A stretch of DNA of 64,000 nt from a bacterium (GTDB taxonomy: Bacteria > Myxococcota > UBA727 > JAUIJE01). The notes beneath the pieces were generated by a model that saw nothing but the letters and a program-made list of their open reading frames with translations, was not told where the DNA came from and ran no database searches. The position numbers and the translations under genes were made by a program. Of the stretch, positions 26,953 to 36,065 are shown piece by piece. The DNA lies in NCBI GenBank assembly GCA_030431455.1, contig JAUIJE010000003.1, positions 264,360-328,359 on the forward strand, in the 5' to 3' direction. Position 1 is the stretch's first letter. Each line of letters starts with the position of its first letter.

Positions 26953-29400
26953 TCAACCGCCCCCGTTGATGCAGGCCCCCGTGAAGCCGCCTTCGTTGTT
27001 GTCCTCGAGGCATTCGTTGTGCTGGCCCTGGCCGGTGCCATCGTCGTCGACCACCACCCGCACCGCCAGGGACGCGCCCTCGCTCAGGGTGTAGGTCAGC
27101 TCGAAGGACTCCTGGGCCCCGGGCAGCAGCCCCACCGTGGTCTGGGCCACCCCCAGCAACGTCGGGGGCGTGTCGGCGTCGTTGAACACCGCGATGTTCA
27201 CCCCCGGGCCGACCTGCCGGCTGCCCTGGTTTTTGACGTTGAAGCGCACCACCAGCTCATCGATGAAGCAGCCGCCGCGGACCTCGCTGACGATGAGGTC
27301 GGGGGCCCAAAACACGCCCTCGCCCTGGGTGTTCTGCCGGAAGTTGTTGAGGGGTGCCTGCTCCCAGTTGCGCAACGTCGGCCCGGTGACGGTGCCGTCC
27401 TCGGTGATGTTGGTGACGTGGTAGGCGTGCTGGTTCCAGATGCGCCGGGTGAACACCCAGTTGTCGAGGGCGTCGGCCCAAATCTCAACCCCCGGGGTGC
27501 CGCCCTGGTACGCGTTCTCGGCGATGACGACCTCGGCGTTGCCGTCGTTGTCGACGTCGGCGATGACCGCCATCTCCAGCCGGGTGTGGCTGCCGTGGGT
27601 GTCGTCGCGGTACAGCTCCTGCCCGTCGGTGCCGCGCAAGATCCGAAAGGAGGTCTCGTCGGCGTACACCACCTCCGCGGCCCCGTCCCCCTCAAAGTCG
27701 AACACGCTCGACGCGGTCACCCGGCTCGAACAGTCCTCGTTGGGCACGGCCCAGAGCACCCCCACATCCAGGCACTCGGCGGGGAGCGGGTCTTGGCAAT
27801 CCAGGTCCACGACGACGTAGAAGTCGCCCGCCGCGGTGCCGACCTCGGCGCGGCCGTCCCCGTCGAAGTCGGCGACGGTGGGCGGACCCGATTCGTTGTT
27901 TGCGCAATTGTCGACCGGGATCGGCACCCGGTCGAGCAGCTGCCCGTCGTGCTCAAAAAAGAACACCTCGCCCCGCCGCACCACCGCGACCTCCCCTTGC
28001 GGATCGTCGTCGAAGTTGGCCGCGCTGGTGTACCCGTCGCACGGCAAGTCACCCCCGCACCCCGAGCCTTGGGTGGTGTAGGGGTAGGTCCACTTGGGCA
28101 TGCCGTCGATGCCGTAGGCGGTGTTCCCGGCCAACACCTCCATTTCCCCGTCGAGGTCCAGGTCCGCGGCCGACGACACCGGGCCCAAAAAGGCGTTGTT
28201 GCCGATGCCCCCCGCGCCCCCCGATGTGACCACCCCGTCGAACACCAGGTCCCCGGTCAGGCCGTTCAGCACCACGTTGCCCACGATGACCTCGGGCACG
28301 CCGTCGCCGGTGAGGTCGGTGAGCGCGGGCTGGGTGCCCCCGCGGGTGTGTACGTTCCACGTGGGATAAGTCTCATTGTGCCAAAGCTCGGTCCAGCTGC
28401 TCCCGTCGTCGCTGGCCCGCTTGAACGCCACCGTGCCCTGGGTCTGGCCGCCGTTCATGGTGATGGCCACGATCTCCATCACCCCATCCCCGTCGAGGTC
28501 CCCGAGGGCGAGGCCCCCGGAGTTGTCCATCGGGGGCTCGGTGATCGACGCCAGGGTGGTCATGCTGCCATCGGGGTTGCACGCCCCCGACACCACCCGC
28601 AGGGTCCCGGGTTGGTTGCAACAGCCGTCGCCTTCGTAGTCGTAGGTGAGAAAAACCACCTCAGGCACGTCGAACCGATCGGTGCTGCCGTCGCCGTTGT
28701 CGTCGGTGAGGTTGCCCACCACCGGGGCCATCACAATGTCGTTGCGGTTGGGGGTCACGGTGATGCCCTGGTTGGTCCAGCGGCAGTCGACCTCAGGCTC
28801 GAACAGGCCCGGGGGGGGCACGTATTCGCAGGTCCCGATCAGGGCCTCAGGGATGCAGATGCCGAGGTCGGGCTCACAGACCTCATCGTCTTCACAATCG
28901 GACTGGAGCACACACTCGACATCGGTGGACACACAAGACTGTGCATAGCAGATGTCTCCCGCGCCGCAGCACTGCTCCAGCGCCGGGCCGCAGCGCACGG
29001 TGTCGCAGGGGGCCCGGCACTGTCCGTCGAGGCACGCGGCCTCCCCCGGGCAACAATCGCCGCCTTGGCCGCACAGGGTTTGGGGGGTGCAGTCGCCGAC
29101 CTCGACGCAGGAGCCGTCGATACACACTTCTTCACTTTCGCACCCCTCGCCCCCCGCGCACGCGGCGCATAGGTTGGCGTAGCAATGGCCCGACCCACAA
29201 TCGTCCCCGTCGTCGCACGGATCGCCGATCTCCCCGGTGGGGCCCGCGTCCACCCCGGGGCCGGGCCCCTCCCCGCAGGTGCCGTCGGCGCGGCACACCC
29301 CGTCGGTGCAATCCCCGTCCGACACACACGCCGGGGCGGGGCAGCTGCACCCCGACACCAAAAATCCCGCCAGCAACAGCCACAATCTTGCGTGGGTCAT
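26953..29400 (-). CDS. Large lipoprotein with N-terminal Cys-rich modules, FG-GAP/VCBS repeats and a C-terminal CARDB-like domain
   Basis: Start MTHARLWLLLAGFLVSGCSC (lipobox). Then about 25 Cys in Cx3-6C spacing, repeated DxDGDG motifs (DLDGDGVMEIV, DLTGDGVPEVIV, DLDLDGEMEVL, DFDGDGRAEV, DFEGDGAAEVV, DVDNDGNAEVVI), and the C-terminal VVRFNVKNQGSRQVGPGVNIAVF. Confidence 0.7.
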   Translation of the reverse strand: MTHARLWLLLAGFLVSGCSCPAPACVSDGDCTDGVCRADGTCGEGPGPGVDAGPTGEIGDPCDDGDDCGSGHCYANLCAACAGGEGCESEEVCIDGSCVEVGDCTPQTLCGQGGDCCPGEAACLDGQCRAPCDTVRCGPALEQCCGAGDICYAQSCVSTDVECVLQSDCEDDEVCEPDLGICIPEALIGTCEYVPPPGLFEPEVDCRWTNQGITVTPNRNDIVMAPVVGNLTDDNGDGSTDRFDVPEVVFLTYDYEGDGCCNQPGTLRVVSGACNPDGSMTTLASITEPPMDNSGGLALGDLDGDGVMEIVAITMNGGQTQGTVAFKRASDDGSSWTELWHNETYPTWNVHTRGGTQPALTDLTGDGVPEVIVGNVVLNGLTGDLVFDGVVTSGGAGGIGNNAFLGPVSSAADLDLDGEMEVLAGNTAYGIDGMPKWTYPYTTQGSGCGGDLPCDGYTSAANFDDDPQGEVAVVRRGEVFFFEHDGQLLDRVPIPVDNCANNESGPPTVADFDGDGRAEVGTAAGDFYVVVDLDCQDPLPAECLDVGVLWAVPNEDCSSRVTASSVFDFEGDGAAEVVYADETSFRILRGTDGQELYRDDTHGSHTRLEMAVIADVDNDGNAEVVIAENAYQGGTPGVEIWADALDNWVFTRRIWNQHAYHVTNITEDGTVTGPTLRNWEQAPLNNFRQNTQGEGVFWAPDLIVSEVRGGCFIDELVVRFNVKNQGSRQVGPGVNIAVFNDADTPPTLLGVAQTTVGLLPGAQESFELTYTLSEGASLAVRVVVDDDGTGQGQHNECLEDNNEGGFTGACINGGG

Positions 29401-29525
29401 GGCCGGATCTTGGCACCCGCCGAAGACCCCCGCAAACCACCGCGGTGGATCTTCAGCGCGCTCACAGCGGATCACGTGCCCCGTCGCCCCCGCCCGGCGT
29501 GGCCCAAAACACTAGGCTCTGTTCC

Positions 29526-30704
29526 ATGACCGCACGCTTTTTCCTTCAGGTGTTGATCGCGCTCTCGGTGATGGTGGGCGCGTCGATGTACGTCGGCGTT
29601 CGCCTGCTCGGGCCCTTCCTCGGGTTCTCCACGTGGGTGGTGGTGGGCGCGCTGCTGTTCCCGTTTTTTCTGATGACCTCGGTGGTCTCGCGGCAGGTGC
29701 TCAAGCGCCGCGCCCCCGACGTCGATGTGTTCTCCTGGATCGTCTATGTGTCCATGGGCGCGGCCGCGTTTCTGCTCGTGGGCACGGTGTTGCGCGACGT
29801 GGCGCTCGGGGTCGGCTACGCGGTGGCCTGGGCGTTTGATCTGGTGGGCCGCCCCATCTGGCCCGACGAGGGCACCGGGCAGCTGATCGCCCAAGCCTCC
29901 GCCGGGGCCGTGCTCGGGCTCTCCGCGCTCGCCACCGCGGTCGGCCTCTACGAAGCCCGGCGCCGTCCGGCGGTGCAGCGCGTCGACGTGCCCGTGCCCG
30001 ATTTGCCCGAGGCCCTCGAGGGCTTCTCCATCGCCCAGCTCTCCGACGTGCACATCGGCCCCACCCTCAAGCGCGGGTTTTTGCAGCGGGTGGTCGAGGC
30101 CACCTCCGCCCTCGGCGCCGACGTGGTGGCCATCACCGGCGACCTCATCGACGGGCAGGTCAAAGACCTCGCCCCCCACGTCGCGCCCTTGGCCGACCTC
30201 GCCGCCCGCCACGGGGTCTACTTCGTGACCGGCAACCACGAGTACTACAGCGGGGCCGACGCCTGGATCGCCCACGTGCAGTCCCTGGGCATCGACGTCC
30301 TGCAGAACGAGCACCGGGTGCTCGAGCACGACGGCGCGCAGGTGGTGCTCGGCGGGGTGCACGACTACAGCGCCGCCCACGTGCACCGCGCCCATCGGTC
30401 GGACCCGGGGGCCGCCTTCGCCGGCGCCCCCGACGACGCCCCCCGGGTGTTGCTCGCGCACCAACCGCGCTCGGCCGAGGCGGCCGCGGCCGAGGCGGTG
30501 ACGCTGATGCTGTCGGGCCACACCCACGGCGGGCAGTTCTTTCCCTGGAACTTTTTTGTGCCCCTGCAACAACCCTTCGTGGCCGGCCTGCACGAGCTCG
30601 GCGCCACCAAGGTCTGGGTCAGCCGCGGCACCGGCTACTGGGGCCCGCCCATCCGGCTGTTCGCCCCCAGTGAAATCTCATTGCTGCGCCTGGTGCGCGC
30701 CTGA
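29526..30704 (+). CDS. Membrane-anchored calcineurin-like metallophosphoesterase (YkuE-like)
   Basis: Three or four N-terminal transmembrane helices, then the metallophosphoesterase motifs (SDVHIG, ITGDLID, GNHEY, GHTHGGQ). Confidence 0.8.
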   Translation: MTARFFLQVLIALSVMVGASMYVGVRLLGPFLGFSTWVVVGALLFPFFLMTSVVSRQVLKRRAPDVDVFSWIVYVSMGAAAFLLVGTVLRDVALGVGYAVAWAFDLVGRPIWPDEGTGQLIAQASAGAVLGLSALATAVGLYEARRRPAVQRVDVPVPDLPEALEGFSIAQLSDVHIGPTLKRGFLQRVVEATSALGADVVAITGDLIDGQVKDLAPHVAPLADLAARHGVYFVTGNHEYYSGADAWIAHVQSLGIDVLQNEHRVLEHDGAQVVLGGVHDYSAAHVHRAHRSDPGAAFAGAPDDAPRVLLAHQPRSAEAAAAEAVTLMLSGHTHGGQFFPWNFFVPLQQPFVAGLHELGATKVWVSRGTGYWGPPIRLFAPSEISLLRLVRA

Positions 30705-30745
30705 CCGACGCTGACGCCGCGCCCCGGGGGTGCTAACCGGCGGGC

Positions 30746-33217
30746 ATGAAGAGTTCATGGACGGTGCACAAGTTCGGCGGCACCTCGGTGGGCACCCCCG
30801 AGCGGGTGGCCAAGGTGGCGGACATCGTGCGCGGGTTGCCCGGCCGGCGCGCGGTGGTGGTCTCGGCCTTCGCCGGGGTCACCGACGGGCTGTTGTCGCT
30901 GCTCGCGCTGTCCGCGGCCCACGACGTCGAGGCCAAGCAGTCCTTTGGCCGGTTGGTGCAACGCCACCAAGACGCGGCCCGGGCCTTGTTGCCTGCGGGC
31001 GCGGCCCAGAGCGGGTACCTCGACACCCTCGAGCGCGAGGCCCGCGACGTCGAGGACGTGGTGCGTTCAGCGTTTTTGTTGCGCCACGCGGCCGAGGACG
31101 CGGTGGAGTTCGTGGCCGGCCACGGCGAGCTGTGGAGTGCGCGGCTGTTGGCCGCCCACCTCGAGGCCCAGGGCCAAACGGCGGCGTTCATCGATGCGCG
31201 CACCTTCCTCACCGTCGAGCAAACCGGACAAGGCCCGACCCCGGATTGGGAAAAGAGCCACGCCGGGCTCGCCCCCCTCGTCGAGGGCGCGGACGTGGTG
31301 GTGATCACCGGCTTCATCGCGCGCACCGCGGACGGCCGGAGCACGACCCTCAAGCGCAACGGCAGCGACCTGTCCGCGTCCATCGTGGGCAACCTCCTCG
31401 ACGCGGCCGCGGTCACGATCTGGACCGACGTCGACGGGGTGCTCACCGCCGACCCGCGCAAGGTCCCCGAAGCGGTGGTCACGCCCCACTTGAGCTACGC
31501 CGAAGCGGCCGAGCTCGCCTACTTCGGGGCCAAGGTGTTGCACCCGCACACCATGGCCCCAGCGATCGAGAAGTCGATCCCCATTCTGATCAAGAACACC
31601 CTGCGCCCCGGGGCCGAAGGGTCGCGCATCGGGCCCGCGGCGGCCGAGCACGACGCCGAGCGTCCGGTGCGCGGCTTCGCCTCCGTCGACGACGTGGCCC
31701 TGATCAACGTCGAGGGCAAGGGCATGATGGGTGTGCCCGGGGTGGCCGAGCGGCTGTTCCGGGCGCTGTCCGATGGGGGCATCAACGTCATCTTGATCAG
31801 CCAGGCCAGCTCCGAGCACTCCATCTGCGTGGCCGTGCCCCAGCTCCAGGCCGAGAGCGCAAAAGCATTGGCCGAGCGGGCCTTTCTGGCCGAGCTTCGC
31901 CTCGGGCACATCGAAGCCATCGACGCGGTGGGCCCGTGCAGCATTCTCGCCGCGGTGGGCGACGCCATGGGTCACGTGCCCGGGGTGGCCGGCCGCTTCC
32001 TCGGCGCGCTGGGCAAAGCCGGGGTCAACGCCATGGCCGTGGCCCAGGGCAGCTCCGAGCGCAACATCTCGGTGGTGGTCAAAGAAGCCGACGCCGAAAT
32101 GGGACTGCGCGCAGCCCACGCGGCGTTTTACCTCTCTGACCAAACCATCTCGGTGGGCATCGTCGGCCCCGGCCTCATCGGCCGCACCCTCCTGACCCAG
32201 ATTCACGAGCAGCGCACCGCCCTGCGGGAGCAACTCAACATCGATCTGCGGGTGCGCGCCATCGTCGACAGCAAACACATGTTGCTCAGCGACGACCACA
32301 TCGACCTCTCGTCCTGGCGCGCGGCCCTGGACCAGGCCGAGCCCATCGACGCCGACCGCTTCCTGCATCACCTCGCCGCCCCCCACATCCCCCACCGGGT
32401 GATCGTGGACTGCACCGCGTCGGACTCGGTGGCCGCCCGCACCCCGGTGTGGCTCGGCCACGGCCTGCACGTGGTCACCCCCAACAAGAAGGCCCGGGCC
32501 GGGGCCCGCGCCCTCGTCACCGCCATCGACGACGCCCGCGAGCGCACCGGGGCCCACTATTTTTACGAAGCCACCGTCGGGGCCGGCCTGCCCGTGCTCT
32601 CGACCCTGCGCGAACTCAAAAAGACCGGCGACGCCATCGCCTCCATCGAAGGCATCCTCTCCGGCACCCTGTCGTATCTGTTCAACACCTACGACGGGGC
32701 CACATCGTTCTCGGCCCTGGTGGCCCAAGCCCGCGAACAGGGCTTCACCGAGCCCGACCCCCGCGACGACCTCTCGGGCATGGACGTGGCCCGCAAGGTC
32801 ACCATCCTCGGCCGCGAGATGGGGCTCGACCTCGACATCGGCGACGTGGCGGTCGAGTCCCTGGTGCCCGCCAGCCTGCGGGACGCGCCTGATGCAGAGA
32901 CATTCCTATCGGGCCTGGCCGCGTTCGACGACGAGATGAAAGCCCGCTACGACGCCGCCCAAAAAGAAGGCGGGGTGTTGCGCTACGTGGGGCGCATCTC
33001 CGCCGATGGCCAGGGCTCGGTCAAGCTCATGACCCTGCCCGCCGCCCACGCCTTCGCGCGGGTCACGGGCAGCGACAACATCATTGCCTTCACCACCAAG
33101 CGGTACCGCAGCCAGCCCTTGATTGTGCAGGGCCCGGGCGCGGGGCCCGAGGTCACCGCCGGCGGGGTGTTCGCCGACCTACTCCGCCTCGCCGCCCACC
33201 TCGGCAGCCGAAGCTGA
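30746..33217 (+). CDS. thrA: Bifunctional aspartokinase / homoserine dehydrogenase
   Basis: MKSSWTVHKFGGTSVGTPERV is the aspartokinase N-terminus. ACT-like regions follow, then the NAD-binding ISVGIVGPGLIGRTLL and homoserine dehydrogenase core; the 823-aa length fits ThrA-type fusions. Confidence 0.9.
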   Translation: MKSSWTVHKFGGTSVGTPERVAKVADIVRGLPGRRAVVVSAFAGVTDGLLSLLALSAAHDVEAKQSFGRLVQRHQDAARALLPAGAAQSGYLDTLEREARDVEDVVRSAFLLRHAAEDAVEFVAGHGELWSARLLAAHLEAQGQTAAFIDARTFLTVEQTGQGPTPDWEKSHAGLAPLVEGADVVVITGFIARTADGRSTTLKRNGSDLSASIVGNLLDAAAVTIWTDVDGVLTADPRKVPEAVVTPHLSYAEAAELAYFGAKVLHPHTMAPAIEKSIPILIKNTLRPGAEGSRIGPAAAEHDAERPVRGFASVDDVALINVEGKGMMGVPGVAERLFRALSDGGINVILISQASSEHSICVAVPQLQAESAKALAERAFLAELRLGHIEAIDAVGPCSILAAVGDAMGHVPGVAGRFLGALGKAGVNAMAVAQGSSERNISVVVKEADAEMGLRAAHAAFYLSDQTISVGIVGPGLIGRTLLTQIHEQRTALREQLNIDLRVRAIVDSKHMLLSDDHIDLSSWRAALDQAEPIDADRFLHHLAAPHIPHRVIVDCTASDSVAARTPVWLGHGLHVVTPNKKARAGARALVTAIDDARERTGAHYFYEATVGAGLPVLSTLRELKKTGDAIASIEGILSGTLSYLFNTYDGATSFSALVAQAREQGFTEPDPRDDLSGMDVARKVTILGREMGLDLDIGDVAVESLVPASLRDAPDAETFLSGLAAFDDEMKARYDAAQKEGGVLRYVGRISADGQGSVKLMTLPAAHAFARVTGSDNIIAFTTKRYRSQPLIVQGPGAGPEVTAGGVFADLLRLAAHLGSRS

Positions 33218-34165
33218 GCTTTCCCCGTCGTCGGGGGGCGCGGGTTGGCTCGCGGGTTGACTGGCGGGCGCGTCGTCGGCCGCGGGTTGGCTCGCGGGGG
33301 CCGCGGCCTCGGCCGAGGCGGGGGCGGGGTATTTGTCGCCGGTCTTGGTCGGGTCTGGGAACAGCACCTCTTGGGCCACCACCGCCGGGCCCGCTTCGAA
33401 GCTGCGCACCTTCGCGGTGTGGATGTCCATGCCCCCGTCGCCCATCGCCACGTGCAAGCTGTCGAAATAGGTGTAGCTGCCCCGGTCGACGACCGCGCCG
33501 TAGGTGGCGAACCCCTCGATGGGCTCGCCCTGGTCCCGCACCGTGTAGTGCAGGTACTTCAGGTGGTGGGTCTGGCTGTCGATCCACAGCACGTACTGGT
33601 CGATGTCCTTTTGGGGCTCAGGAGAGCTCCACGTCGCGTACACGAGGTCGTAGGTCCGGCCGTCGCGCTCGACCTGCCCCGCGTGGGCCACGACGTCCGC
33701 TTCGTGAATGCGGGCGGGAATCTCGAGGAAGTAGATCATGGTCGGGACCCAAAACCGGATCGTCTCGTCTTCCCCAAACGCGACCGTGCCGTCGGGATCG
33801 TTTTTGTAGGTCACCCAGTTCTGGATGCCCCACCCCGCCAGCCGCTGATCGCCGTCGAGGAACGTCACCCGGCCATTGTCACTGCAGGTCTGCCACCGCA
33901 GCTGCAGCCGATCGACCCCGCCCGGCCAGGCCTTGGCGAAAGACATCAGGCCATGGAACTCGTCGGTGTAGATCATCGCCGCGGTCTTTTGGGCACAAAA
34001 CCCCGCCGCCCGGTGGGCGGTGCGCATCGCGTTCAACACCGCCTGGCCCCGGCTGACTTCGTCGTCGGACAGCCCGTCGATGGCCGCTTCCGGCCGGATG
34101 TCTTTGAGGCCGCAGGCGGCGGACGCGAGCAAGAGCAACGAAAGGGCGACATGTCGACAAAGCAT
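33179..34165 (-). CDS. Hypothetical lipoprotein with a Pro/Ala/Ser-rich C-terminal tail
   Basis: MLCRHVALSLLLLASAACG (lipobox) and a 328-aa globular body with normal composition. Its 3' end overlaps thrA convergently by 39 nt. Confidence 0.55.
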   Translation of the reverse strand: MLCRHVALSLLLLASAACGLKDIRPEAAIDGLSDDEVSRGQAVLNAMRTAHRAAGFCAQKTAAMIYTDEFHGLMSFAKAWPGGVDRLQLRWQTCSDNGRVTFLDGDQRLAGWGIQNWVTYKNDPDGTVAFGEDETIRFWVPTMIYFLEIPARIHEADVVAHAGQVERDGRTYDLVYATWSSPEPQKDIDQYVLWIDSQTHHLKYLHYTVRDQGEPIEGFATYGAVVDRGSYTYFDSLHVAMGDGGMDIHTAKVRSFEAGPAVVAQEVLFPDPTKTGDKYPAPASAEAAAPASQPAADDAPASQPASQPAPPDDGESSASAAEVGGEAE

Positions 34166-34291
34166 GCGCTTGGTTCGCCCAAAGGGCCCGGATCGTCAAG
34201 TATTCTCGGCGGTTCCGCACCGGCCCGCGCCCGCCCGCCCGCGGTGCGTGCTGCACAGACATTGCCCACGTTGCCCTACCTGGTGGGCACG

Positions 34292-34924
34292 TCAGGTCAG
34301 GGCCTTGCGCACGTCCCGCAAGAAGTCGCGCACCACCCCCGGCGGGGCCGCCAAGCAGCGCCGGCTGCTCGGTTGCTCGACGACCACGGACAAAAACCGC
34401 CCGCGCCGGTCGAACACCGCGCCCCCTTTGGGCAAGGGCAAGTCGAACGTCCACGCCCGGGCCCCCTTTTTGGCCAGGCCGCCGAGCGACCCTTGCACCC
34501 CGTCGTCGGACACGAACACCCCCGCGGTCCAGGCGCCCCGGCGGGGCGCCCGCGGGGCCACCGGCGCGGTGGCGTAGGGGGCGTTTTCTCGTCGAGGAAC
34601 CGCGAGCATCAACAGCCCGCGATCGAACGCGACCGCCCGCGCGGCCACCGGGGGATCGTCGCCGACCACGACGCTGGCCGCGCCCGGTCCCCGATCCGCC
34701 ACCGTCAACACCAAGCCGCGGCTGGCGAGCATGATCCCGGTGCGTGAGACACCGTCGAGGGTCACGGTGGCGATCGCCGGCCCGAGCTGGACGAGCAGCT
34801 GCGCCAAAGAAGGCAAACGGGACGCAGACTTAGCCGCGACGTCGGACGAGCCGATGGACAGGGGGAATGAAATGCCGGCGAGCGCCGTCCAAGCGCTGTG
34901 GACCAAGAACCGACGACGCGTCAT
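34292..34924 (-). CDS. Hypothetical Tat-exported protein
   Basis: Start MTRRRFLVHSAWTALAGISFP fits the twin-arginine consensus (T-R-R-x-F-L), about 210 aa. The remaining upstream part of the 531-aa track ORF is antisense to the DUF3108 gene and was rejected. Confidence 0.45.
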   Translation of the reverse strand: MTRRRFLVHSAWTALAGISFPLSIGSSDVAAKSASRLPSLAQLLVQLGPAIATVTLDGVSRTGIMLASRGLVLTVADRGPGAASVVVGDDPPVAARAVAFDRGLLMLAVPRRENAPYATAPVAPRAPRRGAWTAGVFVSDDGVQGSLGGLAKKGARAWTFDLPLPKGGAVFDRRGRFLSVVVEQPSSRRCLAAPPGVVRDFLRDVRKALT

Positions 34925-34945
34925 CGCGCTATGATAGGGCAGACC

Positions 34946-35944
34946 ATGAAGCCGCGAACAACTTCTGTTCTTCTCGGTTGGTCGTTGGTGGTCGCGTTCT
35001 CTGCGGGGGCGCCGGCCCGGGCCGACGACGACAACCGCCGGGGTGCGCCCTTGGCGGTGCGGTCGGATCTGTCCCAGGTGGTCAAAGAGAAGCGCCGGCG
35101 GACCCCGCGGCCCTTGGACCGAGGCTGCGCGGTGGAGGCGTTGCGCCCCCTCGACGGGCGCCTGCCCTATGGCCCGGGCGAACGGCTCGAGTACGACATC
35201 GCGATGTTTGGCCTGCCCACCGGCGACATCGCGCTGTCCGTCGGGGACCGCATCGGGACCGGCGATCGCAGCGTCGTGCCGGTGTACGCCGAGGGGTCGA
35301 CGTCGCCCCTGGTGGCGTTCATGGGCGGCATCGACGCGCAGATGGTGTCCTACCTCGACGTGAACACCCAGTTGCCGCGCAAGATGGCCAGCCGCGTGCA
35401 CGTCAACCGCCCGCTTCACGACGAGGTCATGATTCGCGAGGACGCGCTGTTTGTGCCCGACGACGTACAAAGTCACCTCACCTACCGGGTGGGCGACAAA
35501 GACAAGGAGTGGGACGCGCGGCGCGCGGGCTCCACCGACGTGCTCGATGTGCTCAGCGTGCTCTACTACGCGCGCAGCCGCGACTTCGCGGAGGGCACGC
35601 GGTTTTGTTTTGAGGTCTTTCACCGCCGCTGGCTGTGGCGTGTGAGCGGGGTCATCGGCCCCGCGGGGGACGTCGAGGTCCCCTTCGGCGAGCGGCGTGC
35701 GCGCCGCATCGACGCGGTGGTTCGCCGGGTCTACAAAAAGCGGCCGCTCAAGCCGGGGGAAAAGCCGCCCGCCGCGTACTCCCGCGCGATGCGGGTGTGG
35801 GTCTCGGACGACGACGAGCGCTTGCCCCTGCTGCTCAGCACCGACAACGAGACCGTGGGCGAGGTCCAGCTCCGGCTGACCGCCCACACCCGCGGTCGAC
35901 CGCTGCCGGCCAAAGCCCGAACAGCGCTGTCCGCTCCCCGATAA
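34946..35944 (+). CDS. DUF3108-like secreted protein
   Basis: Start MKPRTTSVLLGWSLVVAFSAGAPARADD (signal peptide). The body (ERLEYDIAMFGLPTGDIALSVGDR..., YLDVNTQLP...) resembles DUF3108 beta-rich proteins; about 330 aa. Confidence 0.5.
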   Translation: MKPRTTSVLLGWSLVVAFSAGAPARADDDNRRGAPLAVRSDLSQVVKEKRRRTPRPLDRGCAVEALRPLDGRLPYGPGERLEYDIAMFGLPTGDIALSVGDRIGTGDRSVVPVYAEGSTSPLVAFMGGIDAQMVSYLDVNTQLPRKMASRVHVNRPLHDEVMIREDALFVPDDVQSHLTYRVGDKDKEWDARRAGSTDVLDVLSVLYYARSRDFAEGTRFCFEVFHRRWLWRVSGVIGPAGDVEVPFGERRARRIDAVVRRVYKKRPLKPGEKPPAAYSRAMRVWVSDDDERLPLLLSTDNETVGEVQLRLTAHTRGRPLPAKARTALSAPR

Positions 35945-36065
35945 CCTCCCCGTGGGGCACGCGGCCGCCGCGCCTTGCCGGAGGGCGAGCGCGCCGGACG
36001 CGTGCTAGGTTGTTGGCAACGCCGCGTGGTGGACCGCAGGTCTGCGCCCGGCGGGGAGCGTGACC

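Noticed and set aside
33245-34747. 500-aa plus-strand ORF
   Set aside because: Antisense to a lipoprotein gene with a good lipobox and to the Tat-signal ORF; the product is Arg/Gly/His-rich.
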